A stretch of DNA of 64,000 nt from an uncultured Candidatus Saccharibacteria bacterium. GTDB taxonomy: Bacteria > Patescibacteriota > Minisyncoccia > Phycocordibacterales > UBA9973. Positions 21,385 to 30,570 of the stretch are shown in pieces (the first letter of the stretch is position 1; each line of letters starts with the position of its first letter). The DNA lies in NCBI GenBank assembly GCA_964423445.1, contig CAYREQ010000001.1, forward strand, positions 1,732 through 65,731. The letters are read 5' to 3'. The notes below the pieces were generated by a model. That model saw nothing but the letters and a program-made list of their open reading frames with translations. It had not been told where the DNA came from and made no database searches. The position numbers were made by a program, and so were the translations under genes.

Positions 21385-21987
21385 ATGATATCAAAACCAA
21401 AATTTAAAATTTGCAGAAGATTAGGACCAGGAGTATATGACAAATGTCAGACTGCTAAATTTTCTACGGCTGCCCAAAAAGGTGGTTTTGGAGGCAAACG
21501 CCCAAAGGCTATGTCTGAATACGGTACACAATTTATAGAAAAGCAAAAAGTTAGATTTTCTTATGGAGTTACAGAACGCCAACTTTCAAATTACATCAAA
21601 AAAGCATCAGCAGTAAAAGGTGTCGGTACAGTAGATAAATTTTACGAAGGACTAGAGTCTCGCTTGGACAATGTCATCTACCGAATGGGTCTTGCTCCAA
21701 GTAGACGAGCAGCTCGCCAAATGGTTTCTCACGGTCACTTTATAGTAAATAGTCACAAAGTTACTATACCTTCATATGAAATAAAACAAGGAGATGTCAT
21801 AAAAGTTCGTGAAGGATCAAAGAGTAAGAAAATTTTTGGAAATTTAGCAGACAAACTTAAAGATTATATTGCACCGAGCTGGGTATCATTTGATTTAGGA
21901 AAAATGGAAGGAAGTGTATCAGGTAAGCCAAAGAACGGAGATACTTTCCTAAACCTTAACGCAGTCTTGGAATTCTATAGTCGTTAA
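21385..21987 (+). CDS. rpsD: 30S ribosomal protein S4
   Basis: Canonical position and length (200 aa); KFKICRRLG start, Zn-ribbon-less form. Confidence 0.9.
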   Translation: MISKPKFKICRRLGPGVYDKCQTAKFSTAAQKGGFGGKRPKAMSEYGTQFIEKQKVRFSYGVTERQLSNYIKKASAVKGVGTVDKFYEGLESRLDNVIYRMGLAPSRRAARQMVSHGHFIVNSHKVTIPSYEIKQGDVIKVREGSKSKKIFGNLADKLKDYIAPSWVSFDLGKMEGSVSGKPKNGDTFLNLNAVLEFYSR

Positions 21988-22047
21988 TTTATTATTTTTA
22001 TTTGCTCTTCGTAGAGCAATCATTATTAAAGCTTAACTTTTTAAATT

Positions 22048-23025
22048 ATGCCTGAATATAAAATAATCATACCTTCTAAGCCACGAGTTGTTTTAGAAGA
22101 AGAAAATAAGGGAGTATTTGAAATCGATGGTCTATATCCTGGATATGGTCATACTCTTGGTAATAGCCTACGAAGAATTATACTTTCATCTCTACCAGGG
22201 GCTAGTATCACTTCAGTAAAAATAGACGGAGTTACTCACGAATTCCAAACAATGGAAGGCATAAAGGAAGATGTTATAGTAATGATTTTAAATCTAAAAA
22301 AGACTCGTTTTAAAATGATCACTGATGAGCCACAGACAGTGACTCTTTCTGTAAAAAGTCCAAAGACAGTCACTGCAGGTGACATAAAGACTACTGGACA
22401 AGTAGAAGTCTTAAATCCTGAACAACACATTGCCGAAGTTACAGGCAAGATAAATTTGAATATTGAAATGCGAGTAGAAAAAGGACTCGGTTTTATACCA
22501 AAAGAAATTTTCCATAAAGAAAAAGTAGACGTAGGTACTATTGCTGTAGATGCTATCTTTACTCCTATTCGTCGTGTAGCTTATGAAGTTGAAAACATGC
22601 GTGTAGGTGACAAGACAAACTTTAATCGTCTTAGAATTTCTATAGAGACAAATGGTACTCTTTCTCCACGCGAAGCTTTGACTCAATCTATAGAAATCAT
22701 GATAAAGCAATTAAAAGCTATCGTTGATTTCAAAGAAGTAGAAGAAGAAGTAAAAATAGAAAAGAAATCATCAAAAAATGAAGACAAAGACGAAGATAAA
22801 GATGAAAAAGATACAGATGTAGCTGATGTATTAAAGACTCGTACTGACAGCCTAGATCTTTCTACTCGAACACTAAATGCTCTTACAAATGCGAACATCC
22901 GAACACTTGGAGGATTGGCTCGCAAAAAGAGAGAAGATCTTCTTGAAGTAGAAGGCATTGGTGAAAAGGGAATTACAGAAATTAAAAAGGTTCTTAGTAA
23001 GTTTGGTTTAAATTTGAAAGAATAA
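22048..23025 (+). CDS. rpoA: DNA-directed RNA polymerase subunit alpha
   Basis: 325 aa; N-terminal domain GYGHTLGNSLRRILLSSLPG; C-terminal domain LSTRTLNALTNANIRTLGGL. Confidence 0.9.
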   Translation: MPEYKIIIPSKPRVVLEEENKGVFEIDGLYPGYGHTLGNSLRRIILSSLPGASITSVKIDGVTHEFQTMEGIKEDVIVMILNLKKTRFKMITDEPQTVTLSVKSPKTVTAGDIKTTGQVEVLNPEQHIAEVTGKINLNIEMRVEKGLGFIPKEIFHKEKVDVGTIAVDAIFTPIRRVAYEVENMRVGDKTNFNRLRISIETNGTLSPREALTQSIEIMIKQLKAIVDFKEVEEEVKIEKKSSKNEDKDEDKDEKDTDVADVLKTRTDSLDLSTRTLNALTNANIRTLGGLARKKREDLLEVEGIGEKGITEIKKVLSKFGLNLKE

Positions 23026-23026
23026 T

Positions 23027-23383
23027 ATGAGACATCACAACGCAAACAGAAAATTCGGCCGAAGTAAGACACAAAGGAGAGCACTCTTAAACTCTTTGGC
23101 ATTCAACTTGATTACACGTGGAAAGATAAAGACTACTTTGGCTAAAGCTAAAGAATTGCGTCCTTTTGCAGAAAAGTTGGTAACTCGTGCAAAAGTAGGT
23201 ACTCCAGCAGGACGCCGACTTATAATTTCAAAATTGGGAGGAAGTCACACTCGTGAAGTAAAGAAACTTTATGAAGTTATCGCTCCAAAATACGCAGATA
23301 AAAAAGGTGGATATACACGAGTTTTGAAATTGGGAGTACGAAAGTCAGACGGTGCACCTATGGCTATTATTGAATTTGTATAA
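23027..23383 (+). CDS. rplQ: 50S ribosomal protein L17
   Basis: MRHHNANRKFGRSKTQRRALLNSLA... Confidence 0.9.
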   Translation: MRHHNANRKFGRSKTQRRALLNSLAFNLITRGKIKTTLAKAKELRPFAEKLVTRAKVGTPAGRRLIISKLGGSHTREVKKLYEVIAPKYADKKGGYTRVLKLGVRKSDGAPMAIIEFV

Positions 23384-23391
23384 TTAAAAAT

Positions 23392-23778
23392 ATGAAAAAA
23401 GAAACAAAAAATAAAAAAATACAGAATACAAAAGAAATCAAAACCATAGATGCGAGTGGTAGAACTTTAGGCCGAGTAGCTTCAGAAGTAGCTATCAATC
23501 TATTAGGTAAGACAAAAGCGACTTTTGAGAGAAATGCTTATACAGGTTTTCCTGTAAAAGTTTTAAACGCAGGACAAATTCGAATCACACCAAAAAAATT
23601 GGAAAGTATTTATCACACTAGATACTCTGGTTATCCAGGAGGTCAACGTGTTTTAAAAGGTACAGAGACAAAAGATAAAAAAGGAATGCGAGAGCTTGTA
23701 AAGCTTGCTGTATATCACATGCTACCAGGAAACAAGCTACGCCGAACAATGATGAAAAATTTAACAATTGAGGAATAA
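23392..23778 (+). CDS. rplM: 50S ribosomal protein L13
   Basis: IDASGRTLGRVASEVAINLLGK. Confidence 0.9.
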   Translation: MKKETKNKKIQNTKEIKTIDASGRTLGRVASEVAINLLGKTKATFERNAYTGFPVKVLNAGQIRITPKKLESIYHTRYSGYPGGQRVLKGTETKDKKGMRELVKLAVYHMLPGNKLRRTMMKNLTIEE

Positions 23779-23783
23779 AATAT

Positions 23784-24206
23784 ATGGCAACAGAGAATAA
23801 AGAAAAATACATAGAGGCTATAGGACGAAGAAAAACTTCTACTGCTCGCGTACGAATCACACCATCAGCAAAAGCTCATTTTGTTGTAAACGATTTAGAT
23901 TCAAAAGATTATTTTAAAACAGACGAACAACGCCGTCTTATCTTGGATCCTATGACAAAAGATTTAGTTGAAGGACAAGACAAGACTATAAAATGGAGTG
24001 TAGAAGCTCATGTTTCAGGTGGAGGAATTCACTCTCAAGCTGAAGCTATTCGCCATGGACTTTCAAGAGCATTGGTAAAATCAGATGAAAGTCTACACAG
24101 TGGACTAAAATCTCTTGGTTTCCTAAAACGTGATCCTAGAGCAAAAGAACGCCGTAAATTCGGACTCAAGAAAGCTCGTAAAGCACCAAAGTGGTCAAAA
24201 CGTTAA
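23784..24206 (+). CDS. rpsI: 30S ribosomal protein S9
   Basis: GRRKTSTARVRI...ERRKFGLKKARKAPKWSKR. Confidence 0.9.
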   Translation: MATENKEKYIEAIGRRKTSTARVRITPSAKAHFVVNDLDSKDYFKTDEQRRLILDPMTKDLVEGQDKTIKWSVEAHVSGGGIHSQAEAIRHGLSRALVKSDESLHSGLKSLGFLKRDPRAKERRKFGLKKARKAPKWSKR

Positions 24207-24228
24207 AACATTTTCTAAAAAGAAAGTC

Positions 24229-24268
24229 AAAAAGGATATTTATTATAGTAATAAATATCCTTTTTGTT
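24229..24268. terminator. perfect 17-bp AT-rich palindrome aaaaggatatttatta-tag-taataaatatccttttt after rpsI
   Basis: Hairpin seen in the sequence, flanked by A/T runs on both sides (bidirectional). Confidence 0.6.
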
Positions 24269-24452
24269 TATTTGTTCTTTTAAAAAATATTGAAATCAAG
24301 AGTTTTAAGATTGAATTGCACTGGTAATTATGTAGGTCGATTATTAATTTTTAATTGAAAACTCCGCTATTTTATAGTAAAAAATATAGGGGTGCTTATA
24401 TAAAAAAAGCATGTTATACTTTATAGACATAAAATCAAATTAAAAAGTACTT

Positions 24453-24827
24453 ATGGAACAAAAGATAATCTTAGAATGGTCAAAATTGCTTCAGTTAACT
24501 GCAAGTGAGGTAGCAAAAATAGAAGAAAAAGCTGGTGTTTTTCGTATATCTAAAAAAAATAGTGATGGAAAATACTATATTGTTTTTGTTGGGAGTGGAG
24601 ATAATTTAAAATCCGAACTACAAGGTATAGAGTCAGGTCAAAAAGGAAATGAGTTACTAACCTTAATACTGGCCCAGGAAGGACCATTTGCTTTTAAGTA
24701 TGCTGTGGTTGAAGAAGCAAAAATTAGAAAGGCAATAGAAAAGCAAATGTATAATCATTATGCACCTATAGCTAATCAAGGAAGTGAGCCAGAAAGTAAT
24801 CTAGATATTAAAGCTAATTTGAGTTAA
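24453..24827 (+). CDS. hypothetical protein, 4 nt upstream of the proteasome-like gene
   Basis: 124-aa ORF with a VFVGSGDNLKSEL block; no recognisable family. Confidence 0.4.
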   Translation: MEQKIILEWSKLLQLTASEVAKIEEKAGVFRISKKNSDGKYYIVFVGSGDNLKSELQGIESGQKGNELLTLILAQEGPFAFKYAVVEEAKIRKAIEKQMYNHYAPIANQGSEPESNLDIKANLS

Positions 24828-24830
24828 AAA

Positions 24831-25496
24831 ATGACACTAGTTATAGGCTTAAAAGCAAAAGATGGGATAGTGATTGCCTCAGACAGTCGGGCTAGTTCTG
24901 ATATAACTAGTAATGATAAAGTACAAAAAATATTTCAACTAGGAGAACATAGTGCGATTGGTATAGCAGGTGATGGAGGTTTGGCAATGTATTTTTTAGA
25001 CCAAATTAAACCCGGCCTTAATCATGGTACAGGCATTGTAGATTTAGCTGAACAAATAAGGAAAAAAGGTAAAGAATTATTTAATGATTATTTTCAACAT
25101 CTTCAACCAAGCGAGCGTCCTTCTCTGCAGTTATTATTAATTGGCTACACTACTGACGCAAAGGCAGAAATGTATACTCTGCGAAGTACAGATAATTTTG
25201 TGCCGCGAAAAGGTGTGACTGGTTTTGAATCTATAGGTATTCCATATTTTGCTGATTATTTACTGAATCGTCTGTATGAACCTGATATAAAAACTGAGGC
25301 AGGAGTAGAACTTTGTGTTCTATGTATTGAAGAGACAAATTCTCAGCATAGAGGGGTTGGAGAGGCCAACAGAGTGGCTACTTTTTCAAATGTGGCTCCA
25401 TTTGTAGAATTACCCGAATCAAAAATAAAAGAGTTGAGAGAGAAAGCTCAGAAATTCCAAATTGGACAAAAAAGCAAGTTTTACCCAGAAGAATAG
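24831..25496 (+). CDS. Ntn-hydrolase of the proteasome beta-subunit / HslV superfamily (Thr directly after the initiator Met)
   Basis: MTLVIGLKAKDGIVIASDSRAS...KVQKIF places Thr1, Asp17 and Lys32/33 as in 20S beta subunits and HslV; a later SAIGIAGDGG block also fits. Confidence 0.6.
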   Translation: MTLVIGLKAKDGIVIASDSRASSDITSNDKVQKIFQLGEHSAIGIAGDGGLAMYFLDQIKPGLNHGTGIVDLAEQIRKKGKELFNDYFQHLQPSERPSLQLLLIGYTTDAKAEMYTLRSTDNFVPRKGVTGFESIGIPYFADYLLNRLYEPDIKTEAGVELCVLCIEETNSQHRGVGEANRVATFSNVAPFVELPESKIKELREKAQKFQIGQKSKFYPEE

Positions 25497-25587
25497 ATAA
25501 GACTCATCTTTAAGATTTCAATATGATTGCTTTAGTTAATATCCTTCAAAATATTCGGAATACCTCTAAGGGAGTAAAAACGTTAAC

Positions 25588-25618
25588 AAAAAATCCCTCT
25601 TTCAAGAGGGATTTTTTT
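25588..25618 (+). terminator. intrinsic terminator aaaaaatccctctt-tcaa-gagggattttttt
   Basis: Perfect stem followed by a T-run, seen in the sequence. Confidence 0.65.
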
Positions 25619-25634
25619 ATGCTAATATTCAAGC

Positions 25635-26225
25635 ATGAATGATGAAGAAATAAAACCTGAACCCGAAGAAGTAGAGGATGACGTCGTCGAATTTGAGTTC
25701 AATGATGACGGTGAAGAGGATTTGAAAAAGACTCTAAAAAAGCTTCGCTTGGATTTAAAAGTAGCAAAAAAAGAAAAAGAAGAATATCTGACAGGTTGGC
25801 AAAAAGAGCGAGCTGATTTTGCTAATTATAAAAAGAGCGAAGATGACAGAAAGGGAAATTATAGCGAGAGCTTAAGAGAGCATATACTTACTCGATTTTT
25901 GACGGTAGCTGATAGCTTTAATATGGCTTTTTCAAATCGTGAAGCTTGGGAAAAAGTAGATCCAAATTGGCGTACAGGTGTGGAGTATATCTACTCTCAA
26001 CTAAACAGTGTTTTTGAGGAATATGGAGTAAAAGAGATAGGAAAAGAGGGAGAAAATTTTGATCCAAATATACATGAATCTATAGAGACAGTGGAGACAG
26101 ATAAAAAAGAAAATAACCACAAGATAGCTAAAGTAATTCAAAAAGGTTACAAGATAGGTGATAGAGTCATGCGCCCAGCTCGGGTAAATGTATTCGAGTT
26201 TAAAGATGGAGAAAACACAAAATAA
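25635..26225 (+). CDS. grpE: nucleotide exchange factor GrpE
   Basis: RERADFANYKKSEDDRK coiled-coil region and the C-terminal KGYKIGDRVMRPARVNV beta-domain. Confidence 0.85.
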   Translation: MNDEEIKPEPEEVEDDVVEFEFNDDGEEDLKKTLKKLRLDLKVAKKEKEEYLTGWQKERADFANYKKSEDDRKGNYSESLREHILTRFLTVADSFNMAFSNREAWEKVDPNWRTGVEYIYSQLNSVFEEYGVKEIGKEGENFDPNIHESIETVETDKKENNHKIAKVIQKGYKIGDRVMRPARVNVFEFKDGENTK

Positions 26226-27909
26226 AATCTGCCAGAGCTGTAAGAAAGATTTCGTTGTAGAGCCGGAAGATTTTTCATTTTATGAAAAGATAAAAGTGCC
26301 ACCCCCGACTCTGTGTCCGGAATGCAGACAGCGTCGTCGCTATGCTTGGAGAAATGAACGTACTTTATATCGCCGACCTTGTGATTTATGCGGAAAGAGT
26401 ACGGTGACTATTTATTCTCCAAATAAACCACATAAAGTTTATTGTAATACTTGCTGGTGGAGTGATGGGTGGGATCCTTCTTCTTATGGCGTAGATTTTG
26501 ATTTCAATCGTCCGTTTTTTGAACAATTTCACGAGCTACAGCTTCGCGTGCCTCGTATGGCTTTGCTAAACAAGAATAGTACAAATTCCGAATATACAAA
26601 TCACTCCGCGAATAATAAAAATGCATATCTGTCTTTTGCTATTTTTGATAGCGAAAATATTTCTTACAGTACTTGGATTATGAAAAATTCTTACGACTGC
26701 ATGGACTGTAGTTTCATAAATGAAAAAGGTGAAAGACTATATGAGTGTATAGACTCCAGAACTTCATATCAATGCCAGTACGGCATGTTTCTCAAAGATT
26801 GTTCTAGTTGTTTTTATTGTTATGATGCCCGTGGCTCCAACGATTGTTTTATGTCTACAAATTTGCGAAACAAGAGTTATGTATTTAGAAATACTCAGCT
26901 TACCCGCGAGCAATATTTAGAAAAAATAAAGGCTATTGATTTTTCTTCATTTAAAATTAGGGCTGAGTTGGAAAAAGAATTTAAAGAATTAATAGAAAAA
27001 CAAGCAGTTCACCGCTATGTTGTTAGCGAGAGAAATGTGAATTCAATTGGATCATTGATATATGATTGTAAGAATATTTTTAATGCTTTTGAGCTCGAGA
27101 GGAGTGAAAATGGAAAAAATATTTATGGTGGACTCGAGCTTAAAGATTGTATGGATATTTATCATGCTGGATTTAACACCACCGAGCTTTGTTATGAATT
27201 ACACGGATGTACTAGGCTTTCAAACTGCCAATTTTGCCACCTTTGCTATGACAATATGAATGTGATGTACAGTGATACTTGCCAGAATAGTCAAAATCTT
27301 TTTGGTTGTGTTTCTATAAAAAAAGGTGAGTACATGATTTTTAATAAAAAATACTCGAAAGAAGATTATGAAGCCTTGAAAGAAAAAATTATAGAACAAA
27401 TGAAGACTACAGGGGAATATGGAGAATTTTTTCCACCAAGTATGGCACCAGTTTATTACAACGAAACACAAGGCAATCTTTATATGCCTTTAACAAAGGA
27501 AGAGGTCTTGGCTCGTGGCTGGAATTGGGAAGAAAATATTCCAGGAACTTTTGGCAAAGAGACAATAAAGAGCGAGGATATTCCAGATAAAATAGGTGAT
27601 GTGCCAGATGATTATTTAAAAGAAATTTTTGCCTGCATTGAGTGTTCAAAGAACTATAATCTTACTCAAAATGAGCTTTTGTTTTATAGAAAAGAAACTA
27701 TTCCATTACCCAGAAAATGTCCAAATTGTAGATATAAGAGAAGGTTTGATATGCGCCCAGCGAGAGCTCTATGGCACAGACAGTGTATGTGTGATAAAAA
27801 ACATACAAACCATGAAGGTAGGTGTGAAGTAGAATTTGAGACATGTTATGCTCCAGAACGATCTGAAAAAGTTTATTGCGAAAAGTGTTATCAGCAAGAA
27901 GTTTACTAG
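26206..27909 (+). CDS. large Cys-rich protein with N- and C-terminal zinc-ribbon modules and internal Cys repeats
   Basis: N-terminal CQSCKKDF...FYEKIKVPPPTLCPECRQRRR mirrors C-terminal CIECSKNY...FYRKETIPLPRKCPNCRYKRR; more than 40 Cys in total. The ATG at 26206 overlaps the grpE stop. Confidence 0.5.
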   Translation: MEKTQNKICQSCKKDFVVEPEDFSFYEKIKVPPPTLCPECRQRRRYAWRNERTLYRRPCDLCGKSTVTIYSPNKPHKVYCNTCWWSDGWDPSSYGVDFDFNRPFFEQFHELQLRVPRMALLNKNSTNSEYTNHSANNKNAYLSFAIFDSENISYSTWIMKNSYDCMDCSFINEKGERLYECIDSRTSYQCQYGMFLKDCSSCFYCYDARGSNDCFMSTNLRNKSYVFRNTQLTREQYLEKIKAIDFSSFKIRAELEKEFKELIEKQAVHRYVVSERNVNSIGSLIYDCKNIFNAFELERSENGKNIYGGLELKDCMDIYHAGFNTTELCYELHGCTRLSNCQFCHLCYDNMNVMYSDTCQNSQNLFGCVSIKKGEYMIFNKKYSKEDYEALKEKIIEQMKTTGEYGEFFPPSMAPVYYNETQGNLYMPLTKEEVLARGWNWEENIPGTFGKETIKSEDIPDKIGDVPDDYLKEIFACIECSKNYNLTQNELLFYRKETIPLPRKCPNCRYKRRFDMRPARALWHRQCMCDKKHTNHEGRCEVEFETCYAPERSEKVYCEKCYQQEVY

Positions 27910-27948
27910 ATCGCAGTATTTACGCCATGGCGTAAATACTGCGGGTTG

Positions 27949-28479
27949 CTATTTGCCGAAAGATTCAAATAAGAATTTTTTTGTTTCTTCGTCTATCATT
28001 TGAGTGACTATTATCATCATCTCTGTAGTGAGACCCAAATCTTTTTTTATATTCATAAATAGGTGTTCGTAAGGGTAGGGGGAAATCCATGCAGAATTTT
28101 TTAGGCACACAAACCCAGCTTTTTTTAGTAAGTAGCGCAAGCTCTCTCGCTCACTTTTTCGACTCTCTGGTAGGTCTAGTAAAATTATTCTCCAAAACCC
28201 ATCCCAAGTTGTATTTACTAGCATTGTTTCACTCTCCAAAGTCAGGCTATGTATCTTCTTTTTGCCCTCTTTTGTGAGTCTTACAAAGCTCTGGTGTGTA
28301 GAGTCGTGAAGCTCTACAAAACCTCCGTTTACGAGGTTTTTGAGGCTTCTAGCCATGGCGTAGGAGGCTTTTGGGTCTTTACTGTCTTTTAATATTTCGA
28401 TAGGTAAAGCTGGCTTTTCTCCTAATATTTTAAGGATTTTTTTGGAATATTGGCCGTCTTTTTGGTTTTTGCTTGACAT
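27949..28479 (-). CDS. winged-helix transcriptional regulator (PaaX-like?), divergent from dnaK
   Basis: N-terminal wHTH ending ...FVRLTKEGKKKI; the C-terminal block WRIILLDLPESRKSERESLRYLLKKAGFVCLKNSAW has a Cas2/PaaX_C-like pattern. The family call is from memory only. Confidence 0.4.
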   Translation of the reverse strand: MSSKNQKDGQYSKKILKILGEKPALPIEILKDSKDPKASYAMARSLKNLVNGGFVELHDSTHQSFVRLTKEGKKKIHSLTLESETMLVNTTWDGFWRIILLDLPESRKSERESLRYLLKKAGFVCLKNSAWISPYPYEHLFMNIKKDLGLTTEMMIIVTQMIDEETKKFLFESFGK

Positions 28480-28509
28480 AGATATATCGTATCATATATA
28501 CTAATTTAT

Positions 28510-28539
28510 ACAAGTATTTTGTGGTCACGAAATACTTGT
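28510..28539. promoter_or_regulatory. inverted repeat ACAAGTATTT-N10-AAATACTTGT in the divergent regulator/dnaK intergenic region
   Basis: 10-bp perfect arms seen in the sequence; not the CIRCE consensus. Confidence 0.45.
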
Positions 28540-28579
28540 CAAATTATACAAAACATTAATAATTTAACAAAATAAAAAT

Positions 28580-30490
28580 ATGTCAAAAATAATAGGTATA
28601 GACTTAGGTACAACAAACTCAGCATTTGCAGTAATTGAAGGTGGTGCTCCAAAAATTATAGAAAATATTGAAGGTGCACGTACTACACCTAGTATTGTTT
28701 CCATTGCAAAAAATGGTGACAGACTAGTGGGACTTTTAGCAAAGCGCCAAGCTGTGACAAATCCAGAAAATACTGTCTATGGTATCAAGCGTTTTATGGG
28801 TCACAATTTTGATGATCCAGAAGTTCAGAAAGATTTAAAAAATGCTTCTTTCAAAATTCAAAAATCTTCAAATGGTGGAGTAGAAGTGATGATTGGTGAC
28901 AAGTGGATGCGTCCAGAAGAAATCTCTGCGATGATTTTGGGAAAAATGAAAGCAGACGCTGAAGCAAAGCTCGGAGAAAAAGTCACTGAAGCTGTGATTA
29001 CTGTGCCAGCATACTTCAATGATGCACAGAGAAAAGCTACAAAAGATGCAGGTCAAGTCGCAGGGCTAGATGTAAAGAGAATTATAAACGAGCCGACAGC
29101 AGCAGCTCTCGCATACGGATTTAATAAAAAGAAAAATGAAAAGATAGTAGTGTATGACTTTGGAGGAGGAACTTTTGACGTGTCTGTCCTAGAAATCGGT
29201 GATGATGTCATCGAAGTAAAATCTACAGATGGAGACAGTCACCTCGGAGGTCGTGATATAGATCACAAGATTATCGCTTGGATTGCTGAAGAATATAAAA
29301 AGACTTCAGGCGTAGATGTGCGCAATGACAAGCTCGCACTTCAGCGATTGGATGAAGCAGCAGAAAAAGCAAAGATAGAACTCTCTACTTCCATAGAGAC
29401 AGAAATAAATATTCCATTTATCACTTCTACTGCCGAAGGCCCACAGCACTTACTATTAAAGATGACTCGCGCTCAGCTCGAAGCTTTGGCAGATGAATAT
29501 ATCGCTCGCTCTATTGAAATCACAAAGCGTGCTATGACTGCATCTGGATTCAAGATGGAAGACATGAATGAAATCATAATGGTCGGAGGTCAGACTAGAA
29601 TGCCAAAGATTGTGGAAGAAGTGAAAAAAGTTTTTGGTAAGACTCCAAACCTTTCTATAAACCCTGATGAAGTCGTAGCTCTTGGTGCTGCTGTGCAGGC
29701 TGGAGTACTTCAAGGAGACGTGCGTGATGTTCTACTTCTCGACGTTATTCCACTATCTCTAGGTATTGAGACTCTTGGAGGAGTAGCTACAAAACTAATC
29801 GACAGAAATACTACAATCCCAGCAAATAAATCTCAGACATTTTCTACAGCTGCTGACAATCAAACATCTGTGGAAATACACATTGTCCAAGGTGAAAGAC
29901 CAATGGCAAGTGACAACAAATCTCTCGGCCGATTTATCCTAGACGGAGTGCCACCAGCACCACGAGGTATGCCACAAATCGAAGTATCTTTTGATGTGGA
30001 TGCAAACGGAATATTGAATGTGACTGCAAAAGATAAGGCTAGTGGTAAGACTCAATCTATAAAGATAGAAGCAAGCTCTGGATTGAAAGATGAAGATATA
30101 AAGAAGATGCAACAAGATGCTGAGCTTCATGCTGAAGAAGATAAAAAGAAAAAAGAAGTAGTAGACATGAAGAATACAGCTGAGATGATAATCTATACTG
30201 CAGAAAAAGCTATCAAAGATGCCGGAGATAAAATACCAGCTGAATTAAAGACTGAAGTGGAATCAAAAATTACAGCACTTCGCGGAGTAAAAGACGGCAC
30301 AGATGGTGAAGCTATAAAGAAGGCGACAGAAGAGCTTTCATCTGAGATGTCTAAAATAGGTGAGGCGATGCAAAAAGCTGGAGCTACTCCTGAGACAGGC
30401 ACCACAGCTGAACCACAGCCAGAAGAAGTAAAAGCAAAAGATGCTGAGGTAAGAGATGTTCCACCAGAGGGTGAAGCACCTAAAGCGTAA
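28580..30490 (+). CDS. dnaK: molecular chaperone DnaK (Hsp70)
   Basis: [18 protein letters not shown] and [17 protein letters not shown] motifs; 636 aa. Confidence 0.95.
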   Translation: MSKIIGIDLGTTNSAFAVIEGGAPKIIENIEGARTTPSIVSIAKNGDRLVGLLAKRQAVTNPENTVYGIKRFMGHNFDDPEVQKDLKNASFKIQKSSNGGVEVMIGDKWMRPEEISAMILGKMKADAEAKLGEKVTEAVITVPAYFNDAQRKATKDAGQVAGLDVKRIINEPTAAALAYGFNKKKNEKIVVYDFGGGTFDVSVLEIGDDVIEVKSTDGDSHLGGRDIDHKIIAWIAEEYKKTSGVDVRNDKLALQRLDEAAEKAKIELSTSIETEINIPFITSTAEGPQHLLLKMTRAQLEALADEYIARSIEITKRAMTASGFKMEDMNEIIMVGGQTRMPKIVEEVKKVFGKTPNLSINPDEVVALGAAVQAGVLQGDVRDVLLLDVIPLSLGIETLGGVATKLIDRNTTIPANKSQTFSTAADNQTSVEIHIVQGERPMASDNKSLGRFILDGVPPAPRGMPQIEVSFDVDANGILNVTAKDKASGKTQSIKIEASSGLKDEDIKKMQQDAELHAEEDKKKKEVVDMKNTAEMIIYTAEKAIKDAGDKIPAELKTEVESKITALRGVKDGTDGEAIKKATEELSSEMSKIGEAMQKAGATPETGTTAEPQPEEVKAKDAEVRDVPPEGEAPKA

Positions 30491-30494
30491 TTTA

Positions 30495-30530
30495 AAAAAG
30501 CCCCGCGGACTACCGCGGGGCTTTTTGTTT
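30495..30530 (+). terminator. strong intrinsic terminator agccccgcgg-acta-ccgcggggct plus a T-run after dnaK
   Basis: 10-bp GC stem followed by TTTTTGTTTT. Confidence 0.75.
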
Positions 30531-30570
30531 TCTGTATTTTTCTTTGTTTTTATTGTAAAATATATACTAT

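Noticed and set aside
28480-28579. Search for a CIRCE element upstream of dnaK (and at 25497-25634 upstream of grpE)
   Set aside because: No match to TTAGCACTC-N9-GAGTGCTAA was found. Only the unrelated ACAAGTATTT-N10-AAATACTTGT inverted repeat is present, and this is reported as a finding instead.
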